Source: a virus (Duplodnaviria > Heunggongvirae > Uroviricota > Caudoviricetes). From it: a stretch of DNA of 64,000 bases. The DNA is taken from IMG/VR virus record IMGVR_UViG_3300028653_000011. One strand, written 5' to 3'. The notes under the pieces are model-generated. The model did not search any database, had not been told where the DNA came from, and was given only the letters and a program-made list of their open reading frames with translations. Positions 37,465 to 46,052 of the stretch are shown one piece after another; within the stretch, counting starts at the first letter, position 1; the number at the start of each line of letters is the position of its first letter. The translations under genes were made by a program, and so were the position numbers.

Positions 37465-39126
37465 ATGATTGAGGCCATGAACGACAATACCACGCACGTC
37501 ATCTTTGCCGCGGACGCTCGTAAGCAACTGTGGGCCGGCATGAAGATTGCTGCCGATGCCGTCACCACGACGTTGGGCCCTAAAGGTCGCACCGTCATCA
37601 TCCAGCGCGCTAACCAATCCCCTCTGGTGACGAAGGACGGGATCACCGTCGCCAAGTCGATCAAGTTGAAAGATCCCGTCAAGCGGATGGGCGCCGAACT
37701 GATCCTCGAAGCTGCCAATCAGACCAATGAGGTCGCCGGTGACGGCACCACGACGGCCACGTGCCTGACGGCCGCGCTCGTCGCCGAAGGTTTGAAGCTG
37801 GTCGAAGGCGGCTTTAGCCCACTCGAGCTGTGCAAGGGCATTGAGGCAGCGACCGGGTTGGTGCTCGCCGCCCTCAAACAACAGGCGGTGCAGGTGTCAA
37901 CCAGTGCTGCGGTCGCCCAAGTCGGTACCATCAGTGCCAACGGTGATGCACAGATCGGCAAGTTGATCGCCGATGCCATGGAACACGTGGGCCGCGACGG
38001 CATCATCACCGTCGAGGACGCCAAGGGCATGGCCACGTCAATGTCAATCGCTGATGGCATGCAGTTTGAACGCGGCTACATTAGCCCCTACTTCGTCACC
38101 GATGCAGAACGGATGCGGGCGACGTACGATGATGCCTTTGTCCTCGTCACTGACAAGAAGATCAGCAGCCTCAAGGAACTGATCCCACTGCTCGAGCGAG
38201 TGGTGCGGTTACAGAAGGGCCTGCTGATCATCGCTGAAGATGTCGACGGTGATGCACTGACGGGCCTCGTCCTCAACCGCGTCAAGTCAGGCCTGCCCGT
38301 TGTCGCCATCAAGGCACCCGGTTACGGCCTGCACCGACAAGAGCTACTGCACGACATCTGCGTCATGACGGGTGCAACCCTCGTCTCCAGTGCCAACGGC
38401 CTGACACTCGACAAGGTCACTGACGCCAACTTGGGACGTGTCAAGCGCTTCAACACCGACGCGAAGTCGACGACGCTCGTCGGGACGGGTGCTCAAAAGA
38501 CGCACATTGACACCCACGTGGTTGAACTGCGCAAGCAGCTCGAGGACATCACTCTGGGGCAGGATGAGGTGACCAAGCTGAAGGTTCGCATTGCCAAGTT
38601 GGCCTCGGGCGTCGCCGTCATCCGCGTCGGCGGCGCGACCGAAGTCGAGATGACAGAGCGGCGCTTCCGCGTCGAGGATGCATTGAACGCGACGAAAGCG
38701 GCCGTCGAAGAGGGCATTGTGCCCGGTGGCGGCATGGCCTTCTACCACGCCGTCCATGCAGTGAAGAGTACGACGGTCGATGAAGCCACCGGCGCCCACG
38801 ATGAGCAGGCAGGCATGGGTGTCGTCTATCGGGCGTGCCTCGCGCCGCTCAAGCGCATCATTGAGAATGCAGGTGCCAGCTCTCCCGTGGTGCTGGCGGA
38901 ATTGGCGCGCAGGGATGCCGCGGCACCGCTCATCAATGACAACATGGGTTACAACGCGGCGACGGGTGAATACGTCGACCTCGTCACTGCCGGCGTCGTC
39001 GATCCTGTCAAGGTGGCACGGACTGCACTGAAGAACGCAGCATCAGTTGCTGTCACCTTCCTCAGCCTCGACGCCGTGGTGTATGATGAACAGGTCACCA
39101 AGGAGCAACACGCTGATGAACAGTGA
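37465..39126 (+). CDS. groL: chaperonin GroEL (Hsp60), lacking C-terminal GGM repeats
   Basis: Collinear with E. coli GroEL (AGDGTTTAT, VGTISANGD, GYISPYF, LLIIAEDVDGDAL, AAVEEGIVPGGG). C-terminus ends ...KEQHADEQ. Confidence 0.95.
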   Translation: MIEAMNDNTTHVIFAADARKQLWAGMKIAADAVTTTLGPKGRTVIIQRANQSPLVTKDGITVAKSIKLKDPVKRMGAELILEAANQTNEVAGDGTTTATCLTAALVAEGLKLVEGGFSPLELCKGIEAATGLVLAALKQQAVQVSTSAAVAQVGTISANGDAQIGKLIADAMEHVGRDGIITVEDAKGMATSMSIADGMQFERGYISPYFVTDAERMRATYDDAFVLVTDKKISSLKELIPLLERVVRLQKGLLIIAEDVDGDALTGLVLNRVKSGLPVVAIKAPGYGLHRQELLHDICVMTGATLVSSANGLTLDKVTDANLGRVKRFNTDAKSTTLVGTGAQKTHIDTHVVELRKQLEDITLGQDEVTKLKVRIAKLASGVAVIRVGGATEVEMTERRFRVEDALNATKAAVEEGIVPGGGMAFYHAVHAVKSTTVDEATGAHDEQAGMGVVYRACLAPLKRIIENAGASSPVVLAELARRDAAAPLINDNMGYNAATGEYVDLVTAGVVDPVKVARTALKNAASVAVTFLSLDAVVYDEQVTKEQHADEQ

Positions 39127-39466
39127 TACTCGCACTCAACAATTGTTAGCAATTGACATCGCCGACGCGGCGCTGCACGCCTACGAAAAGAGGCGAGTGG
39201 CGTGGGGCACTGCATTGGGTGGCGTCATTAGCGTGGCGATGATGACGGTACTCGGGGTGCTGGTGGGTGCCAGTGGTTACTTCATTGCCGGCCTCATCGT
39301 CACTACACAGGTATTCCGCACTCTGTGGTTGGGGTACAAGGCGTTTCGCGCGGGCCAGGAGTGTGATCGGTTGCAATGTGAAGCGGCCTTCGCGAAGGTC
39401 GGCATACCGTTCAATCACGTGGATGCTGATGTCGATGATCTCTTAGGCGAACAACCTCCCCAATAA
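39116..39466 (+). CDS. small membrane protein (2 TM)
   Basis: ATG at 39116 overlapping the GroEL 3' end. GGVISVAMMTVLGVLVGASGYFIAGLIV. Confidence 0.45.
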   Translation: MNSDTRTQQLLAIDIADAALHAYEKRRVAWGTALGGVISVAMMTVLGVLVGASGYFIAGLIVTTQVFRTLWLGYKAFRAGQECDRLQCEAAFAKVGIPFNHVDADVDDLLGEQPPQ

Positions 39467-39475
39467 GTATGACAT

Positions 39476-39700
39476 GTGCAGCCCGGTGAATTGGTCGTCA
39501 AGCGCGTCAGGTGGAGCGTGGACGCCGAGTGCATGGGGTTTGTCGTCGCCCACGCCGCCGGTGATGTCGATGAGTGTTTGGTGATGTGGACGATGGGTGA
39601 CCAACGCATCATGTTCAAGTGGCACCTGACCGACGCGTTGATGGCGGTCGACACGTCTAACGTTGCCGAAGTGAGGGGCAGATGCGACCTCGGTTCTTGA
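39476..39700 (+). CDS. PGD-family small protein
   Basis: QPGELVVKRV ... GFVVAHA ... CLVMWTMGD. Confidence 0.45.
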   Translation: MQPGELVVKRVRWSVDAECMGFVVAHAAGDVDECLVMWTMGDQRIMFKWHLTDALMAVDTSNVAEVRGRCDLGS

Positions 39701-39906
39701 CGGGTGACCTGATCTTGCATACCGGGTGGGATCGTCTGTCGTGGTGTCGGACGATTGCCATGGTCGTCTCCGTGATGCCGGCTAATGACGTGCCTGACGC
39801 ACAGATCAGAGGCATTGAAGCACAACCATGGATCTACTACGTGCTCGACGTCAATACCAACATCATCAACGGTCCACTAACGTCATCGGAGATGGACAGT
39901 GCTTAG
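39682..39906 (+). CDS. PGD-family small protein
   Basis: FLTGDLILHTG ... IAMVVSV ... WIYYVLD. Confidence 0.45.
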   Translation: MRPRFLTGDLILHTGWDRLSWCRTIAMVVSVMPANDVPDAQIRGIEAQPWIYYVLDVNTNIINGPLTSSEMDSA

Positions 39907-40258
39907 GTCGTGGCGACCCGGTGATTTAGCGATCGTCTGTGGCAATAGCCTCATCAGTCGACTCAACAGCAATGTGGCACAGTGGACATTCGGTCACAAG
40001 CTTGTCATCATCGTCGGCGGAGTCAACAGGTGGGTTAGTTCTTCTGACGATGAAGATGTCGTGCAATGTTACATCGTCATGGTGTCTCACACAGACTACG
40101 GTGCACACGCTCCAGGTGGCAATCTCAATCCCATCACATGGCCCCACGTCGTGCCGCTAGTCAGTGGCTTGTACTCGGTACCGAGCGACAGGCTGCTCGA
40201 TCTGACGGAGTTCAGTGAACCAGGCCGCCTGTTTGGCACCCAGAGGCTGCGAGATTAA
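39899..40258 (+). CDS. PGD-family small protein
   Basis: WRPGDLAIVCGNS ... KLVIIVGG ... CYIVMVSH. Confidence 0.45.
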   Translation: MLRSWRPGDLAIVCGNSLISRLNSNVAQWTFGHKLVIIVGGVNRWVSSSDDEDVVQCYIVMVSHTDYGAHAPGGNLNPITWPHVVPLVSGLYSVPSDRLLDLTEFSEPGRLFGTQRLRD

Positions 40259-40264
40259 TTGTCG

Positions 40265-40528
40265 TCACCTAGGTGTAAGCAACTGCCAGTTATACTTGAG
40301 GTTTTCAAGTGACGACGAGAAGATGAAGATCTTGTCGAGCGCTAAGACGTCGAACCTCACGCTCTCCCGTACACGACCGATAAACATGACGGCCATCACC
40401 AGCCCGGTGAATCCTGGGTAAATAACATCACCGTGGTCGCCCCTGTACCAGTGCGATTCCCACGCCCGCATCGGATGTAGGGCGGCAATTAGGTCACCCG
40501 GTTGCAGCGTCAAAGGCCGCGGCGTCAC
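40265..40528 (-). CDS. PGD-family small protein
   Basis: LQPGDLIAALHP ... GLVMAVMFIG ... VLALDKIF. Confidence 0.45.
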   Translation of the reverse strand: MTPRPLTLQPGDLIAALHPMRAWESHWYRGDHGDVIYPGFTGLVMAVMFIGRVRESVRFDVLALDKIFIFSSSLENLKYNWQLLTPR

Positions 40529-41055
40529 TTGAGTCTGAAAGATCGCAACACATCACCGCACACCACACCGGCGCCCGATCGTTCCGAATCGGCCTTGCAG
40601 GCGATGACATAACCCAGGTGCGTTGACGCTTGGCCAATGCCCACGATGCCGAAACCCAACTTGGCGTCGGTGACAATGATCGTCATCGATGCCGGCGAGC
40701 CCCCGACGTCAATCATGTTACGTTTGATGAAGGAGGGTGTGCCTTGCACCAGTCGCGGCGCCTGCATCGCCACGTTCCCAGCGAACTGTTCAGGCGTCTC
40801 CTCTTCATCCATGCCCCGCGCGGTGACGATGACACCCGTGGGTGAACGGGTGCTCGGCCCGGGAGCGTGCGCACGGGTGGCCTCAGCATTGTCTTGATCG
40901 ATGATCCAACCATCGGGGAACGTCATTGACCAATTTGCGTGATTGATGACGACGCGTGCAGGCGTAGCAGCGGCGCTTGCCGGGCTAGAGTGTTGGTGCG
41001 TACAGCAGGCAGTCGTGACGACCAGTAATGCTAGAGCACTCAATCGCTTCATCAT
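40525..41055 (-). CDS. lipoprotein of unknown function
   Basis: Signal plus lipobox (LVVTTACC). 176 aa. ATGA-coupled. Confidence 0.55.
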   Translation of the reverse strand: MMKRLSALALLVVTTACCTHQHSSPASAAATPARVVINHANWSMTFPDGWIIDQDNAEATRAHAPGPSTRSPTGVIVTARGMDEEETPEQFAGNVAMQAPRLVQGTPSFIKRNMIDVGGSPASMTIIVTDAKLGFGIVGIGQASTHLGYVIACKADSERSGAGVVCGDVLRSFRLK

Positions 41056-41375
41056 GGCTCAACACTACATGGGGGGCGGACAATTGTCCAAAGGTTGTCG
41101 TATCCCTCCCAATCGAGCTCAAGTATCGTCATCTCACACCAACCATGACCTGACATCAACCCATTGACTAATTGCCCGATCGATGAACGCTCGTAGTAGG
41201 CGAGAGTGGCCTGTTCTTCGCTGGAGATGATGAACGCATGGTTGCCACTGACGTGGAAGACGATCATGTCCCCCGGGCGCACGGGCAACACCTTGCGGGC
41301 GAGGCCGTCCATCGCTCGGCGCAGTTCAGGGCGCACGGTGGAAGACTCGCCAGCGTTTTCCGCGCTCATCATCAA
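41052..41375 (-). CDS. PGD-family-like small protein
   Basis: VRPGDMIVFHVSGNHAFIISS. Confidence 0.4.
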   Translation of the reverse strand: MMMSAENAGESSTVRPELRRAMDGLARKVLPVRPGDMIVFHVSGNHAFIISSEEQATLAYYERSSIGQLVNGLMSGHGWCEMTILELDWEGYDNLWTIVRPPCSVEP

Positions 41376-41568
41376 ACAACACTAGCACCTTGACATATTC
41401 ACCGATGATGACTGTCACCACGTTGTAGCGACCCTCAACACGTTTTTCAACATTGACAATGAAGGCCAATATGGGCTTGCCGGTCGTCGCGCGGAAATCA
41501 ATGAGCAAGTGGCCCGGTAACAATGGAAGATCAGCGGCCATCTTTCGTAAGTAATCGTTCGAGTTCAC
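41326..41568 (-). CDS. PGD-family small protein
   Basis: LLPGHLLIDFRATTGKPILAFIVNV ... VVTVIIGEY. Confidence 0.45.
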   Translation of the reverse strand: MNSNDYLRKMAADLPLLPGHLLIDFRATTGKPILAFIVNVEKRVEGRYNVVTVIIGEYVKVLVLFDDERGKRWRVFHRAP

Positions 41569-41879
41569 AGCGCAATGTCACGTTGATCGGGGGCCGTGGC
41601 CGTGGGTGCCGGGGGCGTGATTGTGGTCGCGGTCGGGGCGGCGTACGGTGCACACTTGCACACGACGTTGTTGTCGATGATGTGGAGCGAAGTGTGGGGC
41701 GGACACGTGGCCACGTCGTGCTGTTCAGGTTCAACATTGACAATGACGTCAACGCACGCATTGCGCTCGTCCAGCCTTTCAACGCCGCGTCCCAACACGA
41801 ACGTCAACCCAATTATAACCGTGGCGATGAAGGAAACGATCAGGCCATCAGTGACAGGTTTGAAAGACTTTGCCCACAT
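41565..41879 (-). CDS. small membrane-anchored protein
   Basis: Internal ATG with GAGGAG 8 nt upstream. TM LIVSFIATVIIGLTFVLG, PTATT-rich tail. Confidence 0.35.
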   Translation of the reverse strand: MWAKSFKPVTDGLIVSFIATVIIGLTFVLGRGVERLDERNACVDVIVNVEPEQHDVATCPPHTSLHIIDNNVVCKCAPYAAPTATTITPPAPTATAPDQRDIAL

Positions 41880-41892
41880 GTTCAAGCTCCTC

Positions 41893-42183
41893 TTACAGCA
41901 CGCACCATGAACGATTGCGATCATTGTCATCGAGGAGTAATTCGTGCACTCGTTCCTCGAACAATGCTAACACTGACCAAGTCATCTCATTGATGAAACC
42001 TCGACGTTGTTGATGTTGACACGAGATGATCAAACCCACGGTATACATCGGTGTCAACCATGGATCACGGTTTAGATCAATGCGCCTAGTCACGGTCTTA
42101 AGTAGTGAACCGGGCTGCATCTGATCAGAGTGTAATCCACGTAGGAAGGATGTACTGTGATTGAGATGGAATTGATGTCTCAA
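41893..42183 (-). CDS. PGD-family-like small protein
   Basis: MQPGSLLKTV ... YTVGLIISCQ. Confidence 0.35.
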   Translation of the reverse strand: MRHQFHLNHSTSFLRGLHSDQMQPGSLLKTVTRRIDLNRDPWLTPMYTVGLIISCQHQQRRGFINEMTWSVLALFEERVHELLLDDNDRNRSWCVL

Positions 42184-42525
42184 GAGCGTACTTCAATCGT
42201 GCTTGAGGGCCATGTGACCCTGTCACGACCCAACTACACGACGCCGTTGTCGGCGATTGAATTGGCTCACATCAAGGCGGGCGAACCGCTGGCGATTGCC
42301 GCGGGGCGTAATCCCACCACCAACGGCATCACCTTCTTGCTGGCCTCAGGTGAACTCAGGGAGTTGGCTAATGCCAGCAGCCTAGGAATTCCTGATGGCG
42401 CTGTCAGGCCCACCGATCACGGTCAAACGCTCGCTGTAGACTGGTACGCCGGCGACTTTGAGATTGACGTGGGCTATGCAATTGATCATAGTGCCATCAT
42501 TGGCTTAGATTCTCAAGAGAGGTAA
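42157..42525 (+). CDS. hypothetical protein
   Basis: 122-aa ORF. Confidence 0.4.
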   Translation: MIEMELMSQERTSIVLEGHVTLSRPNYTTPLSAIELAHIKAGEPLAIAAGRNPTTNGITFLLASGELRELANASSLGIPDGAVRPTDHGQTLAVDWYAGDFEIDVGYAIDHSAIIGLDSQER

Positions 42526-42534
42526 CAGAAGTAC

Positions 42535-42894
42535 ATGTTCAACGCATTCCTCGTCGCGTTAGCGCTGTTGGCACCGACGTATCAACCCACGCAGCAGGCA
42601 TTCAAAGCGGGTGACATTCAGCCTGATCACACTCGCACCTACGTGATGCCGGCGACCAAGCGTGGCTATTACTACTCGGTCAATGTCAGGGGCCTTTCCA
42701 AGGGCGGTGATGTCGACTGCTACTTGTTGACCAAGAACACCGAAGGCAAAGGTTTTGTCATCAAGTACACTGATGAGAGCACGGCCAACAAGTGCAGCTT
42801 TGGTTTCTACGCGTCGGGCAATGACACGTACAAGTTGTGGTTGGTCAACAACGGTACCAGCGATGATGCCTTTGATGTCACCGTCACTCAGTGA
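42535..42894 (+). CDS. secreted beta-rich hypothetical protein
   Basis: Signal peptide MFNAFLVALALLAPTYQ. 119 aa. Confidence 0.5.
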   Translation: MFNAFLVALALLAPTYQPTQQAFKAGDIQPDHTRTYVMPATKRGYYYSVNVRGLSKGGDVDCYLLTKNTEGKGFVIKYTDESTANKCSFGFYASGNDTYKLWLVNNGTSDDAFDVTVTQ

Positions 42895-42912
42895 GCGCGC
42901 CTATCTATAGCA

Positions 42913-43179
42913 ATGAGGCTCACCCTACGTCGTCTACGACGATTGATACGAGAATTCGGTGTTGACGACACACTACGGAATGATGCTGGCTTCTTCATGG
43001 CAGGCGGCCTGAGTTCAGCGCACCGTGACCGTGAGAATACGTTGATGGATCCACCGCCCGGGTTGGGCAGTGACGCAGAAGAGACAGATGACGCAGAGAA
43101 GGATGGAGACATTGAAGACAAATCACAGTTCGCAGTCAGGGTTGACGACAAACGAGGCGGGCCGGGACGATCGGCTTGA
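42913..43179 (+). CDS. leader-family small protein
   Basis: MRLTLRRLRRLIREFG N-terminus, acidic C-terminus. Confidence 0.45.
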   Translation: MRLTLRRLRRLIREFGVDDTLRNDAGFFMAGGLSSAHRDRENTLMDPPPGLGSDAEETDDAEKDGDIEDKSQFAVRVDDKRGGPGRSA

Positions 43180-43180
43180 A

Positions 43181-43375
43181 ATGCAGGGTAAGGTCGAAGA
43201 GTGCATGCCGGGCACGCTGTTCCGGGTGCGCTGCGACAACGGGCACCTCGTCCTGTGTACCTTGAGCGGCAAGTTGAGGCAGAACCGCATCAGAATACTG
43301 GCCGGTGACGCGGTGACGTGCGAGTGCAGTCCGTATGATGTCTCGAGGGGTCGCATCACCTGGAGACGTACGTAA
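43181..43375 (+). CDS. infA: translation initiation factor IF-1 (bacterial type, S1-like fold)
   Basis: MQGKVEECMPGTLFRVRCDNGHLVLCTLSGKLRQNRIRILAGDAVTCECSPYDVSRGRITWR is collinear with E. coli IF1. An in-frame N-terminal extension to 43070 is possible. Confidence 0.85.
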   Translation: MQGKVEECMPGTLFRVRCDNGHLVLCTLSGKLRQNRIRILAGDAVTCECSPYDVSRGRITWRRT

Positions 43376-43380
43376 TCACC

Positions 43381-43572
43381 GTGAAGTGGTTGCTCTATGT
43401 CTTGATTTTCACTGGCGCAGGTGTGTTGGGTTCCACCTGCACTTGGTTAGCATCGCGTGGTCGTACGTTCGATGCGGGTGTATTGACGTGGATGACGGTA
43501 TGCACCACGTGGTTCATCCTCACTGACCTGCAGCTCGAACGTGCTGACACAACCAATCACCGTGTGACGTAG
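43381..43572 (+). CDS. small membrane protein
   Basis: Two hydrophobic segments. 63 aa. Confidence 0.4.
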   Translation: MKWLLYVLIFTGAGVLGSTCTWLASRGRTFDAGVLTWMTVCTTWFILTDLQLERADTTNHRVT

Positions 43573-43623
43573 TAAGGCTAGGACGTTGTTGTACTACTGG
43601 TTGATCGAACGTAGTATGGCAGT

Positions 43624-43893
43624 ATGAAATACGTCATCACTGCCCTGGTCGCCATGACGCTCGTTGCCTGCGCTTCAGGTCCCGTCTTCAATGAGGGTGC
43701 CGATCATGAAGAAGGCGCCGACATCCCGTGCCAGACACCCGGACAACCCCGTGCACAATTGGGTTGGCATGCATGTCGCCGTGGGCCCGTTGCCTGTTGC
43801 CCCGACGGTTATTCGTGCTCGGCCGACGATTTCGTGCCGCGTGCTGACGGCGCCTGTCGTTGGTGGGCCCCCACGGCGACGTCCCAATATTAA
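43624..43893 (+). CDS. small Cys-rich lipoprotein
   Basis: Signal plus lipobox (LVACAS). 8 Cys in 89 aa. Confidence 0.5.
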   Translation: MKYVITALVAMTLVACASGPVFNEGADHEEGADIPCQTPGQPRAQLGWHACRRGPVACCPDGYSCSADDFVPRADGACRWWAPTATSQY

Positions 43894-43946
43894 GGGAGAA
43901 CGCGGTTGAGCCGCGACCTAATTAGAGTGTTGGGTAGGACGAGCAC

Positions 43947-44330
43947 ATGAAGACAACACTACGTCGCTTGAAGCAGGTCATCCGAGAAGCCGCGGGTGAA
44001 GAGCACCTCAAGTCTTACGAGAACGTCACAGTGGGTGACTGGTACAAGGAACGTCCTGAACCTCGCTTTCGTGGTGCACAGCCCGAAGCAGCCGACGTCG
44101 CACAGTTGGTCGACCTGTATTGGCGTGACTTTGGTGGCACTCACGGCAAGTTGTTGATGGCGACGCGACGTTTTCCCAGCGGGCACAGCACCAACAGCAG
44201 GTACGACGTGTGGATGGAGAAGTTTGAGGGCCCGGCGACGCCCGAAGAGGTCACCCAAGCGAAGGCACACGGTGATGCCAAACAGCGTCACATGGCTCGC
44301 ACGATCGACACCTCACGCGAGGGCACCTGA
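43947..44330 (+). CDS. leader-family protein
   Basis: MKTTLRRLKQVIREAAGEE. TAGAGT promoter-like hexamer upstream. Confidence 0.55.
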   Translation: MKTTLRRLKQVIREAAGEEHLKSYENVTVGDWYKERPEPRFRGAQPEAADVAQLVDLYWRDFGGTHGKLLMATRRFPSGHSTNSRYDVWMEKFEGPATPEEVTQAKAHGDAKQRHMARTIDTSREGT

Positions 44331-44599
44331 TGGGCGGGTTGATGCCTTACATCAGGCTCATCAACAGGAACAACCTGCGCGGTGACTATGGGTCAGAACT
44401 GACGGATCACTTCGACGCAAGGCTCACGCACCTCAATTGCATTCGGGGTGACATGCGGCGCTTTGAACGAGACTGTCGTTCCGAAGAGATGTTGCACCAG
44501 TACGCTCAACGAACGGGCCTCACCACTGACCAAGTGAAAGCCGTCCTCGATGCGTTGCTCGAGGCACCGTACGGTGATCCTGATTACACCCGAGCGTGA
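44330..44599 (+). CDS. small hypothetical protein
   Basis: 1-nt overlap coupling. 89 aa. Confidence 0.4.
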   Translation: MGGLMPYIRLINRNNLRGDYGSELTDHFDARLTHLNCIRGDMRRFERDCRSEEMLHQYAQRTGLTTDQVKAVLDALLEAPYGDPDYTRA

Positions 44600-45226
44600 T
44601 CAGCGCTTCACCCAGCAACCCCACAGCGCCCGCCTCATCACGTCCTCAGCGAAGGGCTCACAGCCATTGGCGGTCAGTGCGTCCTTGACGTTGCACCACT
44701 GTGATTCATACGACGGCCAGTCACCCACCAACGCCTGATCCTTGAGGTCATCGGGGTGCTTGACGTAATCATGGCACATGATGAGGTCACCCGCCTTCAG
44801 GTAGGCGCAGAACTCATTGACCTCGCGTTCCTTGGCACCCCCGTCGCAGAAGACGAGCGCCTGTATGGGTTGCGTCAAGAGCAACCGTAGGTACGTGCGC
44901 TGCACAGTGAACACGTCACCCAAGATGCGATTGACGTTGGTGCCCAAGTCGAAGACAGTGGGCACGGTGTCCTTGATGTCGAAGGTGTAGATGGGTGAGT
45001 GAGTGCTGATGTCATGGTCACGCAAGATCCGGGTGAAGCCTCCGTACAGAGTACCGATCTCAACGATCAGGCGGGGCGTGCCCATGGGCAACATCGCATT
45101 GAGCTGATCCAACGCTTCAAAGATTCGCCGTGATTGGGAGACACGCGTGCCCCTGTAGCGAAATAGGAAGCCACAGCCCGGGTTCTCATCGGGTGTCACG
45201 TACTGCATTAGATCGGCGCTCTTCAT
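44600..45226 (-). CDS. class I SAM-dependent methyltransferase-like (TylF/MycF-type fold)
   Basis: LIVEIGTLYGG (motif I-like), VFCDGG ... CHDY pattern. Confidence 0.45.
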   Translation of the reverse strand: MKSADLMQYVTPDENPGCGFLFRYRGTRVSQSRRIFEALDQLNAMLPMGTPRLIVEIGTLYGGFTRILRDHDISTHSPIYTFDIKDTVPTVFDLGTNVNRILGDVFTVQRTYLRLLLTQPIQALVFCDGGAKEREVNEFCAYLKAGDLIMCHDYVKHPDDLKDQALVGDWPSYESQWCNVKDALTANGCEPFAEDVMRRALWGCWVKR

Positions 45227-45266
45227 GTGGTCATCCTACACGGTGTTCGCGCGCTTGTCATCCACA

Positions 45267-46052
45267 TCAATACGTGTAGACGTCATCGCCGATCGGGAAC
45301 AGTTTACGTTCAAAGCGTGACTCGCCACTGTGAACGGCACGCGCCTTGACGCTGACCAACCTCTCATCGGGCAGCACATAGGCCCACAGCTCGCCGCCAA
45401 AGCAACAACCACCGTCGAGGCCCACCGCTTTCGGGGTGATCAATGGCCTATTGAGGACGCTGTGACCGAAGAAGATGCGCTCAGGCCCGTCCCAAAAGTG
45501 GTGCCAAAAGCGCCAACCTTCGTTGGGAGGAATGCGACTCGGCCACATCGACTTGTCGTTGATCCTCATCTGACCATCGGCACCAAAGTCGTAGGGACAG
45601 ATGCACTGTATGTGGGTCAAGTGACGCACGGACTGGCGTTCGATGGGCACCCCTGGGAAGACGCCGGCATGGACGGCGACGGCGTTGAACTCTGGTAGAC
45701 GCAGGTACAGTGGCAACCGCCTGAAGTAGTCGTAGTGCTCGGGACGGAGCTGTGACCGGGTGACGACGTGAGACGGGGGTAGCTGACTCGGCAGCTTACC
45801 AGTGCGTGCCAGTACGTCTTCATGATCGAGGTGCCGGTGTTCATGGTTGCCCAGGATGCAGGCGGGTTTGCCTTGTCGCGCTTCGATCCGCATCGCCAGG
45901 TCAACGCACTTGCCGCTCTCGGGACCTCGGTCGACGGTATCACCGAGGAAGATGACCCAGTCTTCAGGACGCGCCTTGCACTTGTCGAGCAGTTCTTGTT
46001 GTTCTGCATAACAACCTTGAACATCACCCACTAGAATTGTGCGCATTGCCAT
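45267..46052 (-). CDS. metallophosphoesterase (PPP family; ApaH / lambda-phosphatase-like)
   Basis: GDVQGC, LGDTVDRGP, GNHE motifs. Confidence 0.8.
   Translation of the reverse strand: MAMRTILVGDVQGCYAEQQELLDKCKARPEDWVIFLGDTVDRGPESGKCVDLAMRIEARQGKPACILGNHEHRHLDHEDVLARTGKLPSQLPPSHVVTRSQLRPEHYDYFRRLPLYLRLPEFNAVAVHAGVFPGVPIERQSVRHLTHIQCICPYDFGADGQMRINDKSMWPSRIPPNEGWRFWHHFWDGPERIFFGHSVLNRPLITPKAVGLDGGCCFGGELWAYVLPDERLVSVKARAVHSGESRFERKLFPIGDDVYTY

Noticed and set aside
43070-43180. Long N-terminal extension of IF-1 starting at 43070
   Set aside because: The extension overlaps gene 42913-43179 and has no homology. The ATG at 43181 gives a protein collinear with bacterial IF1 from its first residue. 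The extension is kept only as a possibility.
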